A stretch of 64,000 nucleotides of DNA from positions 976,603 through 1,040,602 of the forward strand of contig CAVRHE010000007.1 of assembly GCA_963720925.1 (NCBI GenBank), read 5' to 3'. Made by a program: the position numbers and the translations under genes. Positions 46,010-56,598 of the stretch are shown in pieces (positions within the stretch are counted from its first letter, which is position 1; each line of letters starts with the position of its first letter). A model generated the notes under the pieces. That model was not told where the DNA came from. It saw only the letters and a program-made list of their open reading frames with translations, and searched no databases. The stretch is from an uncultured Acidobacteriota bacterium (lineage in GTDB: Bacteria > Actinomycetota > Acidimicrobiia > Spongiisociales > ZC4RG35).

Positions 46010-46091
46010 CCCCCGATGTTCCCATTCTCTCCGTGCTGGAGCGTCGAAATGACGAATTGGGGGCCTTGGGTCAACGGGTAGGGTCATCGGG

Positions 46092-47477
46092 GTGGAACCA
46101 AACGGCGGCCGGAGCCCACTCGTCGTGGCCGCGCATCGTCTCCCCGTCGCCTGGGACGAGAAGAGTGGCAAGTGGAAGACAAGCCCTGGTGGCCTCGTCT
46201 CCGCCCTGGCCCCCGTGCTCCGTGAGAACGGCGGGGTATGGGTGGGCTGGAACGGTGGGCCGGGCGGCGACAGCAAGTCGTTCACGGGCTCCGGCATCCG
46301 GAACCGCCCGGTGGTGCTCACCGAATCGGAGATCGAGAACCATTACGACGGCTTCTGCAGCGGGACGATCTGGCCGCTCTATCACGATGCCATCCGTCCT
46401 CTCGAGTTCCATCGTCACTGGTGGTATCCCCATCAGGAGGTGAATGACCGGTTCGCCCAGGCGGTCGCCCGGGCGGCCGGGGCTGAGGGGAGGGTCTGGG
46501 TCCACGATTATCAGTTGCAACTGGTCCCAGCCATGGTGCGTCAGCGTCTCCCGAAGGCGAGGATCGGGTTCTTCCTCCACATTCCGTTCCCGCCGGTCGA
46601 CATCTTCGAGCGGCTGCCATGGCGTCGACAGGTCCTCGAAGGTCTCCTTGGTGCCGACTACCTCGGCTTTCAGACCCGACGCGCCGTTCTCAACTTCGCA
46701 GCCGCTGCCCGCGAGATCAGCGGAGCTCAAGGCCCGGCCTCTGCCCTCGAATACGACGGCCGCCTGGTCAAGGCCCAAGCAGTGCCGATCTCGGTCGATC
46801 TGGCCCAGAGCGAGGCCGCTGGGAATGCGCCGGAGGCGAGGGCGGCCGCCGACCGTCTGCGCCAGGACCTGGGCGATCCCGAGCACGTGATCCTCGGTGT
46901 CGACCGGCTCGACTACACAAAGGGAATCGATCTCCGACTGAGGGCATTCGAGGTCATGCTGCAGCGTCACCCCGAGCTAGCCGCCAAGGTCTCGTTCATC
47001 CAGATCGCGGTGCCCAGCCGCGAGGACGTGGGCGAGTATCAGACGATCAGACGCAGGGTCGAGGAGATGGTGGGCCGGATCAACGGGCGCTTCGCCCGAG
47101 CCTCGTGGACGCCGGTCCATTACCTGTACCGGAATTATTCCTTCGAAGACCTGGTCGGGGCCTACCTCGCAGCAGACGTGATGATGATCACGCCTTTGAG
47201 GGATGGAATGAACCTGGTGGCCCTGGAGTACGTCGCCACCCGAACCGACAACCGGGGTGTCCTGATTCTCAGTGAGTTCGCCGGCGCTGCCGAGCGTCTC
47301 ACGGATGCCCTCATCGTCAACCCTTACGACCTCGACGCTCTGGCCGTGGCGCTTTACGAAGCGGTCGTCATGGACCCCGAGGATCAGGGGAGACGCATGT
47401 CGAGACTGCGGAGGACGGTCGGTAGGTTGGACGTCCACGCCTGGGCCCGTCAGAACCTCGAGGCGATCGAAGGATGA
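46092..47477 (+). CDS. otsA: Trehalose-6-phosphate synthase
   Basis: 461 aa, GT20 pattern: GGLVSAL, VWVHDYQL, GFFLHIPFPP, GADYLGFQT, DGMNLVALEY. Confidence 0.9.
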   Translation: MEPNGGRSPLVVAAHRLPVAWDEKSGKWKTSPGGLVSALAPVLRENGGVWVGWNGGPGGDSKSFTGSGIRNRPVVLTESEIENHYDGFCSGTIWPLYHDAIRPLEFHRHWWYPHQEVNDRFAQAVARAAGAEGRVWVHDYQLQLVPAMVRQRLPKARIGFFLHIPFPPVDIFERLPWRRQVLEGLLGADYLGFQTRRAVLNFAAAAREISGAQGPASALEYDGRLVKAQAVPISVDLAQSEAAGNAPEARAAADRLRQDLGDPEHVILGVDRLDYTKGIDLRLRAFEVMLQRHPELAAKVSFIQIAVPSREDVGEYQTIRRRVEEMVGRINGRFARASWTPVHYLYRNYSFEDLVGAYLAADVMMITPLRDGMNLVALEYVATRTDNRGVLILSEFAGAAERLTDALIVNPYDLDALAVALYEAVVMDPEDQGRRMSRLRRTVGRLDVHAWARQNLEAIEG

Positions 47478-48184
47478 TCGAGGAGCTGGCCGCCACCCAG
47501 CGCCTGCTTGTCGCCAGTGATTTCGACGGCACGCTCGCCGAGATCGTCGAGGACCCCGATCTGGCCACGCCGCTCGCCCGATCCAAGGCGGCCCTCGAGG
47601 CACTGGCCGCGCGCGAAGGCACGACGGTTGCTGTGATCAGCGGCCGGCGCCGCGCTGATCTGGTGGAGCGATTCGACCATCCATCATTCATCCTGATCGG
47701 CGAGCATGGCGCCGACCACGGAGACGGAACCGGCCCTGAGTCACGCGCTCTGGTCGAGGCCCGTCAGCTCGTCGACGCCGTTGCGCACGCGACGCCGGGG
47801 GCAAGGGCCGAGCACAAAGCGCGGTCGGTCGGGTTCCACTACCGACTGGTGTCGGATCCCGACGCCGTGGTCGAGGACCTGCGTCGTCGGGCGTCGATGA
47901 TCGATGGGCTGAGGTTGGTCGAGGGCAAGCGGATCCTCGAGTTGACTGACTCGTCGGTGGACAAGGGTTTCGCCCTGCTCGAGTTGAAGCGCGAGTTGGG
48001 TGCCGACCGGGTGCTGTTCATGGGCGACGACGTAACCGATGAGACGGCCTTTGCCGCCCTCGGGCCTGGCGATCTCGGGGTGCACGTCGGTCTCGGGCCC
48101 ACTCTGGCCAATGTCACCGTCCCCGATCCTTCCACCCTCGCCGACCTCCTCGAGACCCTCGTCGCCCTTCGGTCGAACGGGTGA
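47474..48184 (+). CDS. otsB: Trehalose-6-phosphate phosphatase
   Basis: 236 aa with the HAD motif I LVASDFDGTLAEIV and GDDVTDE. 4-nt overlap with otsA. Confidence 0.88.
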   Translation: MIEELAATQRLLVASDFDGTLAEIVEDPDLATPLARSKAALEALAAREGTTVAVISGRRRADLVERFDHPSFILIGEHGADHGDGTGPESRALVEARQLVDAVAHATPGARAEHKARSVGFHYRLVSDPDAVVEDLRRRASMIDGLRLVEGKRILELTDSSVDKGFALLELKRELGADRVLFMGDDVTDETAFAALGPGDLGVHVGLGPTLANVTVPDPSTLADLLETLVALRSNG

Positions 48185-48274
48185 GGCCCGCATCCGGGCG
48201 GCTCTTCGGCGAACGGGGCGAATTTCGGGTCAGGATGGGGAGGGTTGCCAAATTACGACTCCTAACCTCGGGCT

Positions 48275-48958
48275 GTGTGCGGTCGTTTCTCGATCACGGG
48301 TGACCTCGACTTCTACGCCGAGTACTTCGGGGTCGACGAGGTCCTCGCCGAGCGACTCGAGCCCAATTGGAACGTGGCCCCCACCGACCCGGTCTACATC
48401 ATCGCCGAGCGGGACGGAGTGAGGTCCCTCGGCTCGATGCCATGGGGACTGGTGCCCCACTGGGCCAAGGATGCCCGCTCGATCCACATCAACGCCCGTT
48501 CCGAGACGGTGGCCACCACATCTGCCTTCCGGGAATCCTTCTCCCGCAGGCGCTGTCTGATCCCGGCCGACGGCTTCTACGAGTGGGAGCCCAAGGAGCA
48601 GGGACGGACACCTCATTGGGTATATCGGGCCGACGGTCACCCGATGGCCTTCGCCGGGATCTGGGCCTCGAGACGAGACCCCGAGACCGACATCTGGAAT
48701 CGCACTTGCTCGATCATCACCACCGGCGCGGAGGGGGCGGTATCCGCTCTCCACGACCGGATGCCGGTTTCGCTCGTTCCTTCGGTCTGGGATGCGTGGC
48801 TGGACCGGGATCTGCGCGACCCCGAGGTGGTAGCGGGCCTTCTCCAGCCGATCGACCCCGAGATCATCATGGAGCACCCGGTCACGAGCCGGGTGAACTC
48901 GGTGAAGAACAACGGGCCGGAGCTGCGGGAGAAGGCAGAGCCCAACACCCTCTTCTGA
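48275..48958 (+). CDS. SOS-response-associated peptidase (SRAP/YedK family; abasic-site processing)
   Basis: 227 aa with N-terminal MCGRF (catalytic Cys2), NARSET, and ADGFYEW. Confidence 0.88.
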   Translation: MCGRFSITGDLDFYAEYFGVDEVLAERLEPNWNVAPTDPVYIIAERDGVRSLGSMPWGLVPHWAKDARSIHINARSETVATTSAFRESFSRRRCLIPADGFYEWEPKEQGRTPHWVYRADGHPMAFAGIWASRRDPETDIWNRTCSIITTGAEGAVSALHDRMPVSLVPSVWDAWLDRDLRDPEVVAGLLQPIDPEIIMEHPVTSRVNSVKNNGPELREKAEPNTLF

Positions 48959-50157
48959 TGCACCAGGTCCTCCGGCGTGAGATGGGCCTCGTGGGCGCAA
49001 TCGTCACCGGGCTGGGCTCGATACTCGGCACTGGAGCGTTCGTTGCAATCGGGGTCGCCTCAGGGCTCTGGGGAGACGCGGTGTTGTTGGCGATCCCGAT
49101 TGCCGGGGTGGTGGCTGTCTTCAACGGCCTGTCGTCGGCGTTTCTCGCCGGCCGATTCCCCGTCGCCGGCGGCACCTACGAGTACGGATACCGCGCTCTC
49201 GGACCGTCCTGGGGATTCACCGCCGGATGGCTCTTTCTGCTGGCAAAGACCGCGTCTGCGGCCGCAGCGGCCCTCGGCGTCTCAGAATTCCTCGACGCAC
49301 CTTGGGATCCCCGAATCTCAGCGGTCGCGGCAGTGGTGGGATTGACCGGGTTGGTCCTCGCGGGTTTGAGACGCACGATCTTGGTCAATGTCGTGCTTGT
49401 CACCGTGACTGTGGTCGCAATCGTGGGTTTCGGCATCGCCGGCCTCACACAACGGGGCCCGGAGACCGCAATCGACGCAGAAGCCATTCGCCTCGGCCTC
49501 CTCCCCGCAATCACATTTCTCTTCGTCGCGTACACCGGATACGGCCGGATCGCCACTCTCGGCGAGGAAGTGCGGCGGCCGGCGGTCACGATCCCCAGGG
49601 CGGTGATGGTGACCCTCGTCGTCGCCGTCTGCCTCTACGGATTGGTCGCCATCGCCGGACGAGCGATCGGGGGTGAGTACTGGGGAGCCGAGCTCGAGAA
49701 CGGCACGACATTGGTCGATCTCGTGGCACAGCCGCTGTCCACCGTGGTCCTGATCGGCGGCGTGACGGCGATGCTTGGCGCGCTTCTCAACCTGATTCTT
49801 GGCCTGTCGCGCGTATGGCTGGCCATGGGCCGGCGTCACGACATGCCGGAGCGCCTCTCGAGACTCGATCGCCGATCCACACCGGTAGCGGCGATCTCGA
49901 TCAGCGCCGTTCCTGTCCTGCTCGTCGTTCTGTTGGGCGACATTTCGATCGCCTGGAGCTTCTCGGCGTTCACCGTCCTCCTCTACTACGGGATCACCAA
50001 CCTCTCGGCAATCGCCGTCGATCGCAGGCGATGGACGGCCTGGCTCGGACTCATCTCGTGCGCCCTTCTGTCGTTCTATGTGTCCCCCATCGTCTGGATC
50101 ATCGGGGCGGGGCTCGTCGTCCTGGGTCTCATCTGGAAGGCACAACGCCGAGATTGA
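48958..50157 (+). CDS. APC-family amino acid permease
   Basis: Starting at ATG 48958 (overlapping the SRAP stop, TGATG) gives about 12 TM helices and GSILGTGAFV near the N-terminus. Confidence 0.8.
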   Translation: MHQVLRREMGLVGAIVTGLGSILGTGAFVAIGVASGLWGDAVLLAIPIAGVVAVFNGLSSAFLAGRFPVAGGTYEYGYRALGPSWGFTAGWLFLLAKTASAAAAALGVSEFLDAPWDPRISAVAAVVGLTGLVLAGLRRTILVNVVLVTVTVVAIVGFGIAGLTQRGPETAIDAEAIRLGLLPAITFLFVAYTGYGRIATLGEEVRRPAVTIPRAVMVTLVVAVCLYGLVAIAGRAIGGEYWGAELENGTTLVDLVAQPLSTVVLIGGVTAMLGALLNLILGLSRVWLAMGRRHDMPERLSRLDRRSTPVAAISISAVPVLLVVLLGDISIAWSFSAFTVLLYYGITNLSAIAVDRRRWTAWLGLISCALLSFYVSPIVWIIGAGLVVLGLIWKAQRRD

Positions 50158-50200
50158 TACGTGGCGCCGTTACCCTGCCGCGCGGCTTCGGGCCTCCCCC

Positions 50201-51923
50201 ATGAACCAAGTAATTCGCTCGACCCTGTGCGCCCTCGCCCTCACCGCGTGCAGCGCCATCGTCGGCGAAACGCCCGTCGAGACCATCGAAGCCAGCACCA
50301 CGACCACGAGGGTCACGACCACCACCGTCACGACGACAACGGCGACGACGGTCCCCGCCCCCACCCCACGCGATTGCACGCCGGTGAGCACCGGAACCGC
50401 ACCTGTTTCCGCTAGGTCGGTCGCCGGCGTTGCCCTCCTCCTCTCTGCTGAGATCTTCCCGTGTGCCGACGATGTGGTGGTCGTGTCCGAGACGAACCTC
50501 AACGATGTCGCCACTGCCGCCCAGCTCGCCGCCGCCCTGGGCGGACCGCTGCTCCACCCGCATCCCCACCTGGCTGCAGAATTGGCGCGGCTCGGACCGC
50601 TCCGAGTCCACCTGATCGGCAAGGTCGATGTGGTAACACCAACGGACTCCCAGGTGCTGCGACCCAACACCACCAATGCCGTCGAGATGGCACGGCAGGC
50701 GTTGGACGCCTCGGCGGAATTACGTCTCCCCGCGGTGCCCGATACATCCACCATCGTCGAAACCATCGGCGCACTGACCCATCGGGACCGAGTTGTCCTC
50801 CCCCAAACGGCTCCCTCGGTGACGCCGACGACGGCGCCCGCTCCGCCTGAAATCGACCGTGCCGCGATGATCAAAGGCCTCGCTGTTCCCTCCGGCTCGG
50901 AGTTTGCCTGGATGGTGCCGGCCGGCAGACCCTTGGTCGCACTCTCGGCTGCGGCGACGGGACGCTCCATCGGCGCATCGGTGGTCGCATATGACCCGTC
51001 CAACGTCCTCGGGTACCCACGGCTGGGGCCGGCACTGGCCGGACGACCGCCGGCAGCTGTCCGATTCGTGGGCACCGATACGCCGGCCTCGCGCGTGGGC
51101 CATCGACACGCTGATCCGTGGAGTGCAGGTGCCCGGCGGGGGTTTTCAGGTCTTTCCACGCGTCCGGCCCCGAAGGTATGTCGCCTTCTACGGGCACCCC
51201 GTGGCGTCGGGCCTCGGAGCGCTCGGCGAACAGGGCCCGGCCGAGACCTTGGCTCGCATGCAGCCTCTCCTGGCCGAATACGCCGCCGACGGCGCGCAGG
51301 TGATCCCCACATTCGAGATCATCGCCAGCATCGCGGCCGCTGGTCCCACCGACGGCGACTACAGCGAGGAGTGGCCGCCGTCCGCTTTTGCCGAATGGAT
51401 CAGAGTGGCGCAGGAGAACGGGATGTATGTGATCCTCGACCTCCAACCGGGGCGAGAGGACTTCCTGACGCAGGCCAAGCAGTACGAGGAGTTGCTGAAA
51501 CTTCCCTTCGTGGGGCTCGCCCTCGATCCCGAGTGGCGCCTCCAACCCGATCAAGTTCATCTGCGGCAGATCGGCCGCGTCAATGCAGCCGAGGTCAACA
51601 GTGTCGTCGACTGGCTGGCCGCGCTGGTCCGGGACAACGGGCTCCCCCAGAAGATGCTCATCGTCCACCAATTCAAGTCAACGATGATCGTCGACCGTGA
51701 GACCCTCAAGCGTCGGCCGGAGTTGCAGATGGTCATCCAGATGGACGGTCAGGGCCCGATTCCCACCAAGGACGAGACCTACCAATTCCTCACCGCCGGC
51801 ACCGAAGAGGCCCATTGGAGATGGGGGTGGAAGAACTTCTTCGACGAGGACTCCCCCGAGACCGCCTCCCCCGCGTACACCATCAACCACTCGCCCGTCC
51901 CTGTCTTCGTCTCGTACCAGTAG
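50201..51923 (+). pseudogene. Secreted lipoprotein with Thr-rich linker and C-terminal TIM-barrel-like (glycoside-hydrolase-like) domain; one frame break
   Basis: Lipobox LALTAC and the linker TTTTRVTTTTVTTTTATT. Frame A runs through ...RFVGTDTPA. Frame B continues AWAIDTLIRGVQVPGGGFQVFP...YVILDLQPG...LALDPEWR. Junction about 51084-51096. Confidence 0.65.
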
Positions 51924-51959
51924 ACCTGGCAAGATCCTGTCTCGCATCGAAAGGATCTC

Positions 51960-52940
51960 TTGCCCAGATTCGCCTATTTCTGCGGTCACGAGCAGTGGCA
52001 CCCCGAGGAGCTCGTCGAACAGGCGGTTCATGCCGAAGAGGCAGGGTTCGACGCGGTAGTCGTTTCCGAGCATTTCCATCCCTGGGTCGATGACGTGTCG
52101 GCATCCGGGTTCGCCTTCTCCACGATCGGGGCCATGGCCCGGGCCACCGAGCGGGTCCAGCTGATCACCGGCGTGACCACACCGCTGTTCCGGTTCCATC
52201 CCGGAGTGGTCGCGCAGGCCGCCGCGACCCTCGATCGTCTCTCCGGCGGCCGGTTCGTACTGGGTGTCGGGACTGGCGAGAACATCAACGAGGGTCCATT
52301 GGGCTATGAGTTCCCTGCCTACGCCGAGCGAAATGCGCGAATGAGCGAGGCACTGGAGATCATGCGCCGGTTGTTGGACGGCGAAAAGCTCACCTACGCC
52401 GGCACCTATTACAAGACCGACCGGGCCAAGCTCTACTCACCCCCGATCGGCTCGGTCCCTCTCCTCCTCGCTGCAGGCGGGCCGAAATCGGCCACATTGG
52501 CGGGAGAATCGGCCCAGGGCGTCATCACCTCGGTAAAGGACCCTGCCGAGACCGCAGAGAAGGTCATCGGCCCGCTGAGAACTGCTGCCCAAAACCTCGG
52601 GCGCCCCGAGCCGATAGTGCTCGCGACCCGTTGGTCGATCTTCGCCGCTGACGACGAGGAGGCATGGGAGGCGATCTTCCCGTGGCGGGGCTTGAGGGCG
52701 CCGGGGAGGCTCGAGGCGGTCGACCCAGCCGACCTCAGGCAGATGGCCGACGCCATGCCCCGAGAGGAGATCCTGGACCGATACACCAGGGTGCGTTCGG
52801 CAGAGGAGATAGTCGAGGCCTACCTCCCCCTGGTTCAGGATCTCGATGCCGACGTGGTCACTTTCCAGATGGCGGCCCTGGACCAGCCCCGGCTGATCGG
52901 TTTGTTGGGGAGCGAAGTGCTGCCGGCGCTGAAAGGCTGA
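51960..52940 (+). CDS. F420-dependent LLM-class oxidoreductase (G6PDH-family-like)
   Basis: 326 aa with FAYFCGHEQWHPEELVEQAVHAEEAGFD and GRFVLGVGTGE (luciferase-like monooxygenase fold). Confidence 0.8.
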   Translation: MPRFAYFCGHEQWHPEELVEQAVHAEEAGFDAVVVSEHFHPWVDDVSASGFAFSTIGAMARATERVQLITGVTTPLFRFHPGVVAQAAATLDRLSGGRFVLGVGTGENINEGPLGYEFPAYAERNARMSEALEIMRRLLDGEKLTYAGTYYKTDRAKLYSPPIGSVPLLLAAGGPKSATLAGESAQGVITSVKDPAETAEKVIGPLRTAAQNLGRPEPIVLATRWSIFAADDEEAWEAIFPWRGLRAPGRLEAVDPADLRQMADAMPREEILDRYTRVRSAEEIVEAYLPLVQDLDADVVTFQMAALDQPRLIGLLGSEVLPALKG

Positions 52941-52942
52941 GT

Positions 52943-52965
52943 TGATCACCCGACCCGGGTGATCA
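52943..52965. terminator. 10-bp perfect inverted repeat between convergent genes
   Basis: TGATCACCCG-ACC-CGGGTGATCA. Overlaps the last codons and stop of the minus-strand lipoprotein gene. No U tract. Confidence 0.35.
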
Positions 52966-53599
52966 GCTCCACCAGTTGCAGGATCCGCTGCGTTGCCTCT
53001 GGTGACAGGCTCTCGTCCTTTGCGGCCACCAACAGGGAGGGGACCACCTCCTGGAGCGCGCTCAGTATCAGGCGCGAGTCCTCGTTGGACGACCCGAGCA
53101 GCAACTCCACTGGCCCCATCAGCCCTTCTGCCAGCCCGGCGCCGAACGTGGCGAAGAGGTCGACCCGCTGGCCGTCGACGTCGCGGGTGACCATCAGTCG
53201 CTGGGCGCCCCCTTCGGGAGTGACGCCGACAACGTAGAACTGCACACCTTCCTCGCTGGTTGTGCCCATGTCCTCGATCGCCACATCCCCGACAAATGTC
53301 TCTCCGACGCCCTGGGCGAAACCGTTCCAGAAGTTGGCCGCCACCTCCCCGCCGCCGTCCTCCAGCGAAGCAGCCACCGCAGACGGGGTCGCTCCTTCGG
53401 CGAGCGAGGCCAATACCGCCTGCCCGGGGACCGCCAGCGAACCAGCTTCCGCAAAGTCTCCCTGAGCAAGCAGGCTGCGGAGGTCTTCGATGGCGCCGAC
53501 TGGATCCGACGCCCCTTCGCCAATCGTCACAGTGGTGGTTGCGCCACCGCCCGAGCACGCGACGATTGCCAAAGACCACACGAGGAGAGCTCTACGCAT
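52946..53599 (-). CDS. Hypothetical lipoprotein
   Basis: 217 aa with lipobox LAIVAC. No family recognised. Confidence 0.55.
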   Translation of the reverse strand: MRRALLVWSLAIVACSGGGATTTVTIGEGASDPVGAIEDLRSLLAQGDFAEAGSLAVPGQAVLASLAEGATPSAVAASLEDGGGEVAANFWNGFAQGVGETFVGDVAIEDMGTTSEEGVQFYVVGVTPEGGAQRLMVTRDVDGQRVDLFATFGAGLAEGLMGPVELLLGSSNEDSRLILSALQEVVPSLLVAAKDESLSPEATQRILQLVELITRVG

Positions 53600-54131
53600 C
53601 CTGACCCACCATGTCGGGCAGACGCCCGGTTCGCCAGAAGCCCTCGCGACGCTCCTTGCGATTGAGACCGGTGGCGATCCACAGCCAGACCAAATAGCCG
53701 AGACCGATCACATCCAGGACCCATCGCCACGGGTCACTCATCGCCCGCTCCCAGGCCAACGGCCAGAACGGTGGGATGCCCGCCGGCATCTTCCAGCCGA
53801 AGAAGGGCCAGAACAGGACTTCGGGATCGGTCCACAGGCCGTCGAGGAGGATATGGAACAACCACCCCACGCCGAGCGCCATGAATGCTCGACGCCGGCG
53901 GCCCCGCCTGGTGAACAGGAGCACGGTGGCCATATAGAGGGTGGGAGCGAGGAGGGTGTGGAACCAGAGCTCGCCAATGGCGAGGGATCCGCCCATGATC
54001 CCGGTGCCGAGGACGAGGTCGACAATGTCGGGGAGGATCGCTCCGGTCAGGAGGAACCTCACGTCCACCTTCGGATCCCGGAAAATCCATCGGAACAACC
54101 ACAGGGTTGCCCCGAGGTGCCAGAAGAGCAT
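53592..54131 (-). CDS. Membrane-bound metal-dependent hydrolase, YdjM/DUF457-like
   Basis: 179 aa, polytopic, with ...GAILPDIVDLVLG... and multiple His residues. Confidence 0.6.
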   Translation of the reverse strand: MLFWHLGATLWLFRWIFRDPKVDVRFLLTGAILPDIVDLVLGTGIMGGSLAIGELWFHTLLAPTLYMATVLLFTRRGRRRRAFMALGVGWLFHILLDGLWTDPEVLFWPFFGWKMPAGIPPFWPLAWERAMSDPWRWVLDVIGLGYLVWLWIATGLNRKERREGFWRTGRLPDMVGQDA

Positions 54132-54134
54132 GGC

Positions 54135-54842
54135 TCAGGCGACGAGGATCCGCCGACAATGGACGCATCTGGGGATGTCGGCTTCGAATGCCTCGACCTG
54201 CTCGGTTGGTGACAGTGTCATGTGACAACCTCCGCAAACCCCGTGCTCGAACCGACCGATTGCCACGCCCTCCTTCGAGCGACGGAGGGTCTCGTACATC
54301 TCGACGAGGTCGGCGGGCACCGGGGCAAGGGCCTCTGTCTTTCGCTCCTCCTTGCGGGCCAGCTCCGCATCGATCTGCTTCCATTCCGCCTTGATGGTGG
54401 CTTCGAAGCCCGCCTTCTCCTGGGTCGTGGCGTCACGGCGGGCTTCGAGGTCGGCGACGTGCTCCCGGGCCGGGTCGAGCCGCTCCAACATGGCGAGGAC
54501 TCTCTCCTCGAGTGCCTCTTGTTGGCCGTGGAGGCTCTGCACCTCCAGGCGCATGTGCTCGGTCTCCCTCGCGCTCATCCCGCCGGCAAACAGCCTGGTC
54601 TCGTGCTCGGTCAGCTTGGCCTCGAGCATCTGTAGCTCCCCTTCGGATTTGTCGAACTCGAGCTCGAGAGTCTTCAACTCGCCGGCCGCGGTCTGGATCT
54701 CGGCAGCGAGCTCCTGTTCCCGCTCATGGGCGTCCTTGTAGGCATCGAGCTCGGGAAGGGACTGTCGTCTGACGAGGAGGCGATCGATCTGAAGATCCAG
54801 CTCCTGGACGTCGAGCAGATCGGCAAGACTCGTCATCTCCAT
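54135..54842 (-). CDS. Coiled-coil protein with C-terminal C4 zinc ribbon (COG1579-like)
   Basis: Starting at ATG 54842 gives MEMTSLADLLDVQELDLQIDRL..., a long coiled coil, then CGGCHMTL...PRCVHCRRIL. Confidence 0.75.
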   Translation of the reverse strand: MEMTSLADLLDVQELDLQIDRLLVRRQSLPELDAYKDAHEREQELAAEIQTAAGELKTLELEFDKSEGELQMLEAKLTEHETRLFAGGMSARETEHMRLEVQSLHGQQEALEERVLAMLERLDPAREHVADLEARRDATTQEKAGFEATIKAEWKQIDAELARKEERKTEALAPVPADLVEMYETLRRSKEGVAIGRFEHGVCGGCHMTLSPTEQVEAFEADIPRCVHCRRILVA

Positions 54843-54952
54843 TGGGGAGGGCAGGGTAGTGCCGGGGCGTGGCCAAGCTTCCCCTCCTAACCTCACCGGC
54901 TTGGACCTGAGAGCGCCGGCTGGGATGGGAGCCGCCGCCTGACTGGCGACGT

Positions 54953-55942
54953 GTGGTGGCCATCGACTCCCACACGGGTGGGGAGCCGTTTCGCGTCGTT
55001 GTCGAAGGCGCCCCCGCGATCGAAGGGGCCACGATGCTGGAGCGTCGCCGGTTCGCCGAGGACCATCTCGACGACCTGCGTCGCGCCTTGATGTGGGAGC
55101 CAAGGGGGCATGCCGACATGTACGGCGCCTTCCTCGGGCCTCCCGTGGACCCTTCGAGCGACATCTCGGTCCTGTTCATTCACAACGAGGGGTTCTCCAC
55201 GATGTGCGGTCACGGCATCATCGCCCTGACCAAGGTCGTACTCGACACCGGGATGCTTCCCGCCGAAACACCGGAGACCATGATCAGGATCGACACTCCG
55301 GCCGGGCAGATCGAGGCCACGGCGCATATCTCCGACGGTCAGGTCGGGGCGGTCGACTTCCGCAACGTGCCCTCGTTCGTCGCCGCCATGGACCACATGG
55401 TCGATGTGCCGGGCCTGGGCCAGGTTCGATACGACCTCGCCTTCGGAGGCGCCTTCTATGCCTATGTCGATGCGGATGACCTCGGGCTGTCGATCGAGCC
55501 CTCGAGCATCTCCCGGCTCATCGATGCGGGCCGAGCCATCAAGCATGCTGTGATCGATTCTGGGCCAATCGATCACCCTGTCGAGCCCGGACTCGGCTTT
55601 CTCTACGGAGTGATCTTCGTCGCGCCACCTGAGAATCCAGCGAATCACTCTCGCAACGTCTGCATTTTCGCCGATGGCGAGGTCGACCGCTCTCCGACCG
55701 GGACCGGGGTCAGCGGCCGACTCGCCATCCATCACGCCCGGAATGAGATCTCGACCGACGAGGCGATCACCATCGAGAGCATCCTGGGGAGCACGTTCAC
55801 CGGCCGGGTGGTGGACACCACCGAGTTTGGCGGTCTCCCGGCCGTGATCCCCGAGGTGACCGGGACCGCACACATCACCGGTCGTAACGAGATGTGGCTG
55901 GACCCGAGCGACGAGCTCGGAGCGGGTTTTCTCATTCGCTGA
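54953..55942 (+). CDS. Proline-racemase-family enzyme; Cys/Thr catalytic pair suggests trans-3-hydroxy-L-proline dehydratase
   Basis: 329 aa with HTGGEPFRVV, STMCGHG (first catalytic Cys) and DRSPTGTG (Thr where racemases/epimerases have Cys). Confidence 0.75.
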   Translation: MVAIDSHTGGEPFRVVVEGAPAIEGATMLERRRFAEDHLDDLRRALMWEPRGHADMYGAFLGPPVDPSSDISVLFIHNEGFSTMCGHGIIALTKVVLDTGMLPAETPETMIRIDTPAGQIEATAHISDGQVGAVDFRNVPSFVAAMDHMVDVPGLGQVRYDLAFGGAFYAYVDADDLGLSIEPSSISRLIDAGRAIKHAVIDSGPIDHPVEPGLGFLYGVIFVAPPENPANHSRNVCIFADGEVDRSPTGTGVSGRLAIHHARNEISTDEAITIESILGSTFTGRVVDTTEFGGLPAVIPEVTGTAHITGRNEMWLDPSDELGAGFLIR

Positions 55943-55945
55943 ATG

Positions 55946-56596
55946 TCAGTTCGAGTCCGAAGTGGCCCCTCTCTCCTCCTCACGTGAGATTCCGAGCGTG
56001 GTCAAGAGGTCCTCGTGGAGCTGGAACCACACCGTGTGATAAGAGTCGAGGCTGTCGGTGACGGAGGCCGTGTCCCCGCCAAGCGCTCGCTCCAGCGCAG
56101 CCGTAAGGCGGTCGCCATAAACACCGAATCGCACCAGTCGACTCGCCAGATCGGAACAGATCCGCTGCGCCGAGGCATCGATTCGGATCAGGCGGGAGAG
56201 CACCTTGGCGTCGTAATCCGCGTCGGTGTGGTCATTTACCGCATGGGCGTCACCCAGTTTTCGCATCTGCCAGTCGCCCGAGGTCTGCAGAAGCCCAGGA
56301 TTGAGCCCGAGAAAGGACTCGTAACAACTCCGGACATGGTCACGGGCGCCGACAAGGTCGAGCTCATTCCGAACCAATTCTCGGTCCGCGACTCGACCAC
56401 TCTCGGTGAGGTTCCAGCCCCCGAAAGGACCAGGGTCGAGAACGACCAGGCCGCGCTCGGCAAGACTTCGCAGACGGATGAGGGTCTCGCCGATTCCCAT
56501 GCCGGCGGCACTGGCCACTCTGTCCTCGCCGGCCACGCCGATGCATCGCATGGTGTGAAGCACCCTGAAGTCAGGCTCGGATTCGTAGGGCTCCAC
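55946..56596 (-). CDS. Hypothetical protein with possible N-terminal winged-helix domain
   Basis: 216 aa. The GTG start lies 3 nt from the tRNA-Val 3' end, so the start is uncertain (an alternative ATG is at about 56551). Confidence 0.5.
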   Translation of the reverse strand: MEPYESEPDFRVLHTMRCIGVAGEDRVASAAGMGIGETLIRLRSLAERGLVVLDPGPFGGWNLTESGRVADRELVRNELDLVGARDHVRSCYESFLGLNPGLLQTSGDWQMRKLGDAHAVNDHTDADYDAKVLSRLIRIDASAQRICSDLASRLVRFGVYGDRLTAALERALGGDTASVTDSLDSYHTVWFQLHEDLLTTLGISREEERGATSDSN

Positions 56597-56598
56597 CG

